Shown piece after piece: positions 36,422-47,189 of a stretch of 64,000 bases of DNA; position 1 is the first letter of the stretch, and the number at the start of each line of letters is the position of its first letter. Source of the stretch: Malacoraja senta (lineage: Eukaryota); the NCBI GenBank assembly GCA_038087875.1, contig CM075981.1, forward strand, positions 1,240,001 to 1,304,000, written 5' to 3'. The notes below the pieces were generated by a model. That model had not been told where the DNA came from. It was given only the letters and a program-made list of their open reading frames with translations, and ran no database searches. Position numbers and translations under genes: made by a program.

Positions 36422-39400
36422 GTGAGTGAAAGCCAAATCTAGATAATCCAATGATCAATGTTAGTTTGGGGGCCCGTGCACCCTTTCCACAGCGGAGATG
36501 GTTATATGTGTGTCGACATGTAATGGGGGAGATGGAACTCACTGCATTGTGGTGATGGATCTGAAATCACATTTGAGTATCTAGAATATGTTCGTAGTTT
36601 AACCACTGTTGACACATGGACCAATTGCATCCTGATGATAGTTTATAGGCATAAAATAGCGAATACATTTGGAGCAGATACTCCAAGACACCTGGACTGA
36701 AGGACAGAGGTTCCAACATCACCAGGAAGTTAATTCTCCACTTTCAAATTGTGTTTACAACTGAGGGGGAAGTTGGGATTGTGGACCCATTGTGTCATTC
36801 AAATATTACCTGCATTTGTCCAAATCAACTCTGTCGTAAACCCAACAATTCCCCGGAGTCTGATACTGAACCACTGTCCTCGCTCTATCCACCCACCCCA
36901 ACTCTCTCTCCATCCTCCCTCCAATCCGCGGCCCAGTCGTGCTGAAAAGTCCAGGGTGAGCCGGAGTCATTGGGAATAGAACCTGTCCCAGACGAGCAGC
37001 GGGACATTTTACTCCCAATTCAGTTTAGTTCATTGTCACGTGTACTGAGGTAGAGTGGAAAGCTTTTTTGTTGCGCGCTAACCAGCCAGCTGAAAGACAA
37101 TACATGATTAAAATCGATCGTCTTACAGTGCATAGATACATGACAAGGAAATGACGTTTAGTGTAAGGTGAAGCCAGCAAAGTTCGATCAACGGTAGTCC
37201 GTGGGTCATCAAAGAGGTAGATAGAAGTCCAGTACTGCTCTCTGATTGTGGTAGGATTATTCAGATGCCTAGTAACAGCTGGGAAGAAACTGTCCCCGAA
37301 TGTGGCGGTGTGCGTTTTCACGCTAGTAACGTTCTCCGGTAATGGACCTGCTTTATTGTACTGGTCCATCCTCTGTGTCCTCAGTCAGGGCTATGTAAAG
37401 GCGGTGAATGTCTTAACACGGGTCCGGCCCTGTGCCGTTTCTGGGGTGAATGTTGGCAACGCAGCAGGTGGCACTGCCAATGAAATAGCAAAGTAGGGTA
37501 TTTCTGCAGGGTGAGAGGCCGGGCACCGCCTGGGAATGTTGAAAGGCAGCTCCTGCAACACTGCTTTCTTTCATGTAATCTTTGAAATGTATCTATTTCC
37601 ATTAAACTGTTCATTTGCTCTCCATCTGAAAGTTTCTCCCCTCAGTTTCAGGTGCAGTGTGGGGAGAGACGTATGTTAGAGGAGTTGTGGGAAGAGCGAT
37701 CACAATCGATTGTAACTATGCAGCAGAGTACCGCTCACACACAAAATACTGGTGCCGTGGGTGGAGTCAGTGTACAGTTTTAGTGGAAACAAATGGGAAA
37801 CAGGGACGGAGTGGAAGAGTGTCAATCACAGATAACCCGGCACGAGGAATATTTACTGTGACGGTGGAGGATCTTCACTCTATAGATACAGGATGGTACA
37901 GCTGTGGAATTACAACATCAGCCGACCATCCAATATTTAACGTGTATCTCCAAGCATCTGAAGGTACGTTTCGCAACAATTCACTTGACGTCTTCACTTA
38001 AACTCCTGATCCATGTTTTCTCCGTGAAGGGTCAGGGCAGCACCGATTTCCCGAGGCTCCGCAGCTGTGCGGACACCTACGGGGATCGGGCGGGGGTCGG
38101 GAAACCCCACTCATGTTGCTCTCACCCATTACGGGCTCTGTCCCACTGAGGGGCCACCCACTTCAAGTGGGATATGGGGTTACCAATACTCGCAATTAAC
38201 TCAGGCGACGCGCATAATTCTTCAAGAAGTTTAAACCTTTATTTGCAAATAAAAGCTGGAGCCCTTCACTTCACCCGCCCACGTGAATGCTCAAATTTTC
38301 AAAGAAAGGATCACCTCTTTTTATAGCATGTTCAACTCTGCATGCCCCATCCCTGGTGCATTTCCATATACAATCATTTGCAGACATTCCCCTATCGTCA
38401 GCCAATCACTTGCTCCCACCTATCTCCTCCTTCCCAGTACTTTTCCACTTTGCAACAGTTATAAGTCGCATACCTCCCATTTGATAGCCTCGCCCGCCTC
38501 GTGGATTTTTGCACACAGATTTCATATACCTGTCACAACAGATTGATGCTACTTGTTTATTGCTAAGGTTGTAATATTGGCTTAGGCCTCTATATTATTG
38601 TTATCTCTAGGGGGAGAACTCTCAGCCACAGACAGGGCCCCATTTATCGTTCTGAGTTATCTCACTAATGGTGTTACACAGAGCAAATGGAATGTTATAG
38701 TTCCGATGCTGTAGACCCCAACCACTGACATCTCAGGACAGAGAAACTTTCACAAACATCTATATAAAAATATAAGAGATACAATTGATACAAAAGTCAC
38801 ATGCCTGTCACCCAAACACCTTTCCCCTCAAGGCGACCCCACTCTCCTGCACAAATTTCTTATCTCTTATCTCGACATAAGCAGGCTAATGAAACCTAGC
38901 AATAGAGCCCGAGCACAGAATCCATTATCGTTCCAGAGGCCCCTTGTTGACTTAGGCTAGTATAAACATTCATAGACCCTGACAGAGCACATGATTGTGG
39001 CATCGGGAAAGAGACCATAATCACTGTTATTTTATCTTAACAGAGACTAGTAAGCCTAATTTTCAATATTAGAGTATGAAAGATACAAAAAAGTATAAAA
39101 GATAACATATTATATATTCTCAGCACATTTCCCTGCCTCTGAACTGTATGAAATATCACCCTGTCAGAGGTTTGCATTCCCACTCAAACTAATAATCCGA
39201 CAGATCAGTGAGAAACAAGTGTTACTCGCCGTCTAAATACCCGGACAATCATAAACACATAATCAGTCCCCAGAACTCAACAGACTGCGTTCAGCCCTCC
39301 CGGGGCAGGCCAGCCCGCTTCCCGCCTCCACCTTAAGGATCAGTCACTCCCTCCCCATCCCGCGCTCTATCGGCCTTCCACTGCCCCGTCAAAGAGCCCC

Positions 39401-42400
39401 CGCCTCCAGCAGCCACCGCGCGGCAGCCCGCCAGCCTCTCCATCCGCACATTTCCCCGGTGGTAAGCAAAATAAATTCATCTTTCGCCCCATTCGCACAC
39501 AGCACATAATCCTCCTACATTTTCGTCACCTCCAATGGGATCCCACAACTAACCTCGTCGTTCCATCTCCACCGCATTCTGCTTTCCGAAGAGACAGTTT
39601 CCTCTGCAACTCCCGGGTCAACTTGTCCTTTCCCACCCTAACCACCCCTTCTCCAGGTACCTTCCCTAACAACTGCAAAAGATGCATCACCTGTCTCTAT
39701 ACCTCCTCAGTCTACTCCGTCCAATGACTCCAACAGTCTTTTCGGGAGAGGTAGAGGTTCACTTGCTTCTCCTCCAACCTCATCTCCTATATCCGCTGTT
39801 CCATGTGTGAACTCGTATATATCGGGGAGACCAGGCGCAGACTCGGCGATCGTTTCGCTGAAGAACTCCGCTCAATCTGCATCGGCCAACGTTACTTCCC
39901 GATTGCTAAACACTTTAGTTCCCCCTCCCATTCCCAAACTGACCTTTCTGTCCTGGACCTCCTCCACTGTCAGAGTGAGGCCAAACGCAAATTGGAGGAA
40001 CAGGGTTTCGCTTGGGCAGCTTACAACCCAGCGGTTTGAATATTGACTACTCTAACTTCAAGTAATACTTGCTTTACCCCTGTCTCCATCCTGCCCCCAT
40101 CCTAGTTCTCCAATTAGTTTCACTGACCTGATTAAATTTTACTGATTGTATGCCTCGTTGTCACCTTCCCTTCAGCTGACAATGATCCATTCTACATGTT
40201 CCTTCAGCATTAAACCATTGATCACGTGTTTTCACAACTTACCCTTCCATTTCTCTTCTGTCTCCCTGTCCCATGACTGTCAGGCTGAAGAAAGGTTTCG
40301 ACCCAAAACGTCACCCATACATTCTCTCGTGTGATGCTGCCTACATCGCTGAGTTACTCCAGCATTTTGTGTCTATCTTAAAGCGTATCGTAATTAGTTT
40401 CCCACAGCAAGTAATTAATTTTCCACAGTCAAGTATGCGGAGACATATAGTGGCGGTAATGGACTTCAGTGCATTGTGGTGATGGATCTGAAATCACATT
40501 TGAAAATGAAGACTGTGTTCGTTGTTTAACCACTGTTGACACATGGTCTAATTGCATCCTGATGATAGATTATAGGCATAAAATAGCGAATGAATTTGGA
40601 GCAGATACTCCAAGACAACTGGACCGAAGAACAGAGGTTCCAACATCACCAGGAAGTTAATTCTACACTTTTAAAATGTCTTTGCAACTGAGGTGGAAGT
40701 CAGGATTGTGGACAAATTATGTCAGTTCAAATATTCCCTGCATTTGTCCAACTCAACTCTGTCGCAAACCCAACAATTCCCCGAAGTCTGAGACTAACCC
40801 ACTGTCCTTGCTCTTTCCACCCACCCCGAACTCTCTCTCCATCCGCTTTCCGATCCGCGGCCCAGTCGTGCTGAAAGGTCCAGAGCGATGCGGGGTCATT
40901 GGGAATTAGAACCTGTCCCCGATGAGCAGCGGGACATTTAGCTCCCAATTCAGTTTAGTTGATCGTCACGTGTACCGAGGTACATTGAAACGTTTTTTAT
41001 GTTGCGTGCTAACCAGCCTGCAGAAAGACAATACATGAATAAAATCGATCCTCTTTCAGTGCATAGATACTTGAAAAGAAAATAACGTTTAGTGTAAAGC
41101 CAGCAAAATCCGATCAAGGGTAGTCCGAGGGTCACAAAAAGGTAGTTCAGCACTGCTCTCTGGTTGTGGTAGCATGAATCAGATGCCTGAAAACAGCTGG
41201 GGGGGAATGCCCCGAATCTGGCGGTGTGCGTTTTCATGTTCGCAACGCTCTCCAGTAAGGGCCCGCTATATTTTTACTCGCCCATCCCCTGTCCTCAGTC
41301 AGGGCGTTGTAAAGGCAGTGGCGGCGGTCAATGTCTAAATACGGATCCGGCGCAGTGTCGGTTTAGAGGAAAATGTTGGCAGCGCAGCCGGCGGCACCGC
41401 CAATTAAATAGCAAAGTGGGGTATTTCTGTAGGGTGAGAGGCCGGGCACCGCCTGGGATTATTGAAAGGCAGCTCCTGCAACAGTGCCGCGATCCCTCAG
41501 TACCGCACTGCGATCCCAGCCCAGTTTCTGCTGAGGGATCTGGAGTGGGAAGCGAACCCAAATTGTACTGACACGGGGACAGAACACTGACACAACTGGT
41601 ACAATAACAGCACTGCCTGCACTTCAGACTGGCGACATTGGCCGTGAAGCAATATGACACACCATGGAACGATTTAAGTTATCTTTCATGTAATCTTCAA
41701 AATGTTTCAATTTCAATTAAACAGATCATTTGCTCCTCATCTGAAAGTTTCACCCCTCCATTTCAGTCGCCGTGTGGGGAGAGAAGCATGTCAGAGGAGT
41801 TGCGGGAAGAGCGATCACAATCGATTGTCACTATGCAGCAGAGTACCGCTCACACATAAAATACTGGTGCCGTGGGAGGAGTCGCCAATGTACAGTATTA
41901 GTGGAAACAAATGGGCAACACGGACGGAGTGGAAGAGTGTCAATCGCAGATAACCCGGCACGAGGAATATTTACTGTGACTGTGGAGGATCTTCACTCTG
42001 GAGATACAGGATGGTACAGTTGTGGAATTACAACATCTGCCGACCATCCAATGTTTAAAGTACATTTCCAAGTATCTGACGGTACGTTTCTCAGCGATTG
42101 ACGACGTCTGCACTGAAATTCCTGATCCATGTTTTCTCGGAGAATCATAAACAGGGAATCGGTCCCCAGAACTCAACAGACTGCGTTCAGTCCTCCCGGG
42201 GCAGACCAACCCGCTTCCCGCCCCCACCTTAGGGATCAGTCACTCCCTCCCCACCCGCGCTCTCTCTCTCTCCCTCTGCCCCTTCAATGCGCCCCCACCC
42301 CCAGCAGCCACTGTCCACCAACCGCCCGACAGCCAGCCAGCGTCTCCACCCGTTGCATGCTGTGAGAACGGAGAGGTTGAGAAGTTTCTTCCCAGAGGCC

Positions 42401-45400
42401 ATTAGGACTGTAAACTCCTATCTCACCAGGGACTAACTTTGCTGTGCCATTATACTGTTTTTTTTTATTGCTGTTTTTTTTTTCCCTTTTTCCTTCCGCC
42501 CACAATATTTAATATGTAAAAGAATATGTGATTCTGTTCCATTCTGCTTATAGTTTGTTTGTTTGTTTGTTTGTTGTTTGCACAAACTACGCGAGCATTG
42601 CCACTTTTCATTTCACTGCACATCTTGTATGTGTATGTGACGAATAGACTTGACTTGACTTGACTTGACATTTCTCCGATGGTAAGCAGAATAAACTCAT
42701 CTTTCGCCCCATCAGCCGTCGCACACAGCATATAATCCTCCATCATTTTCGCCAACTCCAATAGGTTCCCACTACTAGACACATCTTTCCATCTCCACGT
42801 TTTCTGCTTCCCGAAGAGACCGTATCCTCCCATGTAAACTCGTCCTTTCCAAGCAAAACCACCCCATTCCCAGGTACCTTGCCCTGCAACTGCAGGAGAT
42901 GCTACGCCTGTCCATTGAATGGCAGTGCTGGCTCGAAGGGCCGAACGGGCTACTCTTGCACCTATTGTCGATTATCTATTGTCTATCTTATGCCTGAATC
43001 ATGCGAGGAATAGATCGGGTAAAGTCTTTTGCCCAGAGTATGGGAATCGAGAACCAGAGGATATAGTATTAAGTTAAGTGGGGAATGATTTAACAAAAAC
43101 CTGGGGTGTAACGTTTTTACACAAAGGTTGGTCGGTATATGAAACGAACTGCCCCGGAAGTAGTTATGGCAGATAATATCGCAACATTTAAGAAACATTT
43201 AGACAGCTACATGAATAGGATATGTTTAGAAGGTTAAGGGTCAAGCAAGGGCAGGTGGAACTGGTGTAGATTGGGCGTGTTGGTCAGCGCGGGCAAGTTA
43301 AACCGAAGGGCCTGTTTCTACGCTGTATGACTCTATGTAAATGGATGGGTCAGATTCCAACCTGGCGGCTCAGATACAGATACAGAGATGGTGGATATTG
43401 GCGAATGTTTGATTTTCAGATGTTCACTCAGTGTCTGACTGTTTGCTCATTTCCCACAGAACCCGTGTCTGTTCCTGTGCTTGTATTTCTATCACCAGCC
43501 AATTTCTCCTGTCTCGGTGGCTCAGTGTCAGTGTCCTGTGAGTCGGTCAGGGGATCCCTTCCCATTAGCTACAGCTGGTATGAAAATACCCCATCTATGG
43601 ATTCAAAGATCTCAGACAACAATGCCCTGGATCTACATTGTCAATACTTCAAACACCAGCACCATCAATATTATTGCAGAGCCTCAAACCAACGTGGATC
43701 AATATCCAGTGAAATGGTCAACGTATCCATCTCCAGCAGTGGCGTGTCGTGCAGTGTCCTAATGAAAATCAATGGCACTGGTAAGTATTGGAGGGGGGTG
43801 AGGTGGAGAAGGGGAAGGGGGTGGGGTAGTTCATAAGATAGCAGCAGAAATGGACCGTTCAATCATGGCTGATCTATCTTCCCTTCTTCACCCCATTATC
43901 CTGCCTTCTCCCCAACACCCCCGACACCCTGAAATCCATGCACGTTATTTAATTAACTTATCAAGGTTAAAATGATGGAATTATGGCCCATTTGTCAATA
44001 CTTGGTTGCTGGGCTCCAGAAATAGATTCCCAAGTGCTGATGTAGGGCAGCTTCCTGCCTAGAACTACCTCTTATGTTTACACAGCATTAAACTAGGTTT
44101 GCAGTGACATCAGTTCACGCACTTTCACTTTCCCGCCATCATCTCCACATAATCCACACTCAAATATGGGAAGGGATAAGGAATTATCTGTAAATGTGGC
44201 GAGAGATAACTCCTAGACGACGGTTTGCGATTTGGTCCACTGTGTTAATGTTGACCATTCAGTACCATCGATACTAATCCCTTTACCAAGCACCTCGTCC
44301 ATTGTGGCAATTCCGGTACCTCCACCTTAAGTTTAAAATATTTCTTGATACCCTTGAAACGTCCTACTCCTTAACTTAACCGTATGTTCTCCACTTTTAC
44401 ACATATCTGCCGGGCAAAATTTTCCAAAAATACCCGATATATTCTGCTCACAGTTTTGCACACCTGTAATAGATTCCCCCTTCATCACCTGTCCTGCATG
44501 GAATTTTATAAAACCCTACCCAGCCCCTCCCCATAACCGTAATGTTTCATTCCAAGCAATACATATCTCGTGAAATTGCACCCTAAAAATTAGTTTATGG
44601 ATTTAGCGCGGAAACAGGATCTTCGGCCCACTGAGTACACACCGTCCAGCAATCACATGTACACTAGTTCCATCGGGACAATTTACAGAAGCCAATTAAC
44701 CTGCAGTCATGCACAACTTTGGAATGCGGGGGGAAAGTGCTCTTGTTTCCTCCCAGCTCCCAAAGATGTACCAGTTGTAAATTGCCCCCCCCCCCCCCCG
44801 TGTACAGGAGAGCGGTTGAATCTGTGGACAATGGTTGGGGCGGGGGAGGGGGGGGGGTGTTGGACGGTAGTGGTAGTTGATGAGAAAGTGGTGAAAATAA
44901 AATGGGATTGACCCAGGATTCGTGTGAATGTAGTTGATTGTCAGCACAGACCTGAAGGGCCAAATGGCCTGTTTATATACTGTGTTTCTCTGTGGATCTT
45001 TGATCCAATGAACCCTAATTTCAGGAAGCATAGCCAGTTTTTGTACATGTTTCAAGCCTGACACCAAATATAAATTTATCTCTTAAATATTCTTTAATAA
45101 TATGTATATAACGTGCAAACCAGTTATTAGTTAACTCATCAGAAGGGGAATCGCACTGGGTTTACACCTCATTGTGTTGTGTATATGCTTGGATGATAAG
45201 AACAAGTTCCTCCATTTGCTGCTTTTCAGAGAACGCTCCCTGCAGTATTCACCAAGACTTCTCCATCACTAACCTCATCCCATGCTGTGAGATGAATATA
45301 GTTGCCAAACCCTAGTCTTGCAGTTTAGCTTTGCTGTGACTTGGTCAGTTGTGGTGCTGATAGGAAAATGCATTATGAATTATGGGCTAAGATACCCCCC

Positions 45401-47189
45401 TTGATATCTCGTGTGGCAGCACCTTGCCATTGATGGGGTCATGCACCAAATATTCGCTGGCGCAGAATATGAGAAAACAGTCCTGAATCAGACCGAATAC
45501 AGATAACTGAGTTAACTGACGTTCTCTTACACTTTGAACATTTAAACCATTTAAAAAAAATATCCATCACTGAATATTCCATCATAATATAGTCATGAAA
45601 GTGAGAACACTTTGTTATATATTTTATTACAATTGAAATAGGTCTGGCTTTCTTTCACACTCTTGTGTTATACTTGCGTTAGGAAAGAAGAACGTTAATA
45701 AAACCACGCCGTTATGACCGAACCTTTGACCGATGTTTCGAACACGATTCCTCCATCCACACACCTACCGCGTTAATCCAAGTAATATCGAGGGTATAAG
45801 ATTAAGCATTATCATTTTTAATTTATTTTATTACTTGGCCTCATCTGCTTCCATATTTATTGCCCCACTTTCCACGATTAGAAATGATCCGTTTTTATTA
45901 TTCCTGTCTATCCATATGGATTTTATTATAATCTTCCTTGCAGCTCCATTTTCTTTCTTCCTGGGTATTACACAGTTCTTTGTATCCTTCCACATCCCCA
46001 GTCTCACTCTCCAGTTACTCCCAGTCTGAAGAAAGGTCTCGACTCGAAACGTCACCCATTCCTTCTCTCCAGAGATGCTGCCTGTCCTGCTGTGTTTCTC
46101 GCGCATGTTATGTCTTTCTACTCTGTATTCACTGGATTCACAGATCCATCTCATTACTTATTTCTCTGTCTTCTCCGAATCCATTTAACCGTGTAATCTC
46201 TCATTCCCAATCTTGTAGCCGTGCTCCAGCAATGAGGTCAGTAATTGGTGATCATGTTTTGTCTCCCCCCACCCCACCTCCCAGTCCAACACCCGTTCTT
46301 TCTCCAAGCTGATCTCCATTGGCTCCGCTGCTTCGCCCCGCTCCACTTCACCAAGATTATGAAGCAAATAACAGGTAAATGTTTCAAAGATAAACCGTCT
46401 CGTTTCCTCCCATTGATTCTGTATCTCTTGTCCTTTGCCCAGTTACATCTCATGGAAAGTGGGGCGCTGGCTGTTCTTTCTCCTGCTTGTGATCTGGAGT
46501 ATCTCAACCGCGTTGTTCAAAAGAGGCTCTAAGGTAGGTTTTATTGTCATCATGTTCATAAATTATAGGAGCAGAATTAGGCCATTCAGCCCATCATATC
46601 TAATCCGTGCCAATCACGGCTGATCTATCCTTCCCTCTTGATCCAATTCTCCTGCCTGCTCCCCATAACCATTGACATCCTTAGTTATCAAGAATATGTA
46701 TATCTCCGCCTTAAAAATATCAATTGATTTGGATAGATACAAAAATGCTGGAGTAGCTCAGTGGGACAGGCAGCATCTCCGGTGTGAATTGACCTGGCCT
46801 CCACAGCGTCCTGGGGCAATGAAATGCATAGATTCACCACCCTCTGCCCAAAGCAATCCATTCTCATCGCTGAATGTATCCAAACGGTTTCCATTAATGC
46901 TTTCAAGCATCCTGTCCATTGATAGAAACAAAAACCGTGCACGTTTTCATATCCTGAAGTTAAACAAAATATCTATGTAGATGTAGCACGAGTTTTTGTC
47001 AGGTTGGACGTGTGCAGTGTGGATTTCTGTGCGCGGTATGGATTCGTTGAGCTCCATCTTCCAGACAGCATTGTGTTGGGAGTGGTCGGGTCAAATAACG
47101 CGTCGTTCACACTGTCAATGAGTCTGATGACTTTACATTTTCTTTTGCAGAGATGCGATGAATCAGAACCGCGCCACGAATTACAATGA
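36373..47189 (+). CDS. Gene 3: MDIR/CD300-like L-V-V-C2-(stalk deleted)-TM(R)-cyt
   Basis: Exons 36373..36421, 37652..37963, 41767..42081, 43460..43780, 46443..46533, 47151..47189, all with canonical splice sites. The 49-nt stalk exon is absent, so direct C2-TM splicing is out of frame. Confidence 0.7.
37652..37963 (+). CDS. Gene 3 V exon a
   Basis: 312 nt, AG/GT intact, DCNY..KYWC..QC..DTGWYSCG. Confidence 0.9.
38175..39107 (-). mobile_element. Probable solo LTR (about 930 bp) in gene 3 V-V intron
   Basis: Interrupts GTGGGAT|gCTCAGCACATTT found intact in the other post-V introns. TG..CA ends; on the minus strand CCAAT (38402-38406), TATAAAA (38319-38325) and AATAAA (38238-38243) occur in LTR order. 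No clean TSD. Confidence 0.55.
39470..40375 (+). mobile_element. Penelope-like fragment
   Basis: YIGETRRRLGDRFAEELRSI (GIY-YIG); paralog at 54660-55590. Confidence 0.8.
41767..42081 (+). CDS. Gene 3 V exon b
   Basis: 315 nt, AG/GT intact, all four Cys; no leader exon found between 38.0 and 41.7 kb. Confidence 0.9.
43460..43780 (+). CDS. Gene 3 C2 exon
   Basis: cccacag acceptor, GTAAGT donor, 321 nt; VSCESVRGSLPISYSWY..YYCRASN. Confidence 0.92.
46443..46533 (+). CDS. Gene 3 TM exon (YISWKVGRWLFFLLLVIWSISTALFKRGSK)
   Basis: cctttgcccag acceptor, AAG|GTAGGT donor, 91 nt, phase 2 to 0. Confidence 0.8.
47151..47189 (+). CDS. Gene 3 short cytoplasmic exon (RCDESEPRHELQ*)
   Basis: ttttcttttgcag acceptor, phase 0 matching the TM donor. 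Confidence 0.7.
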   Translation, partial: RCDESEPRHELQ

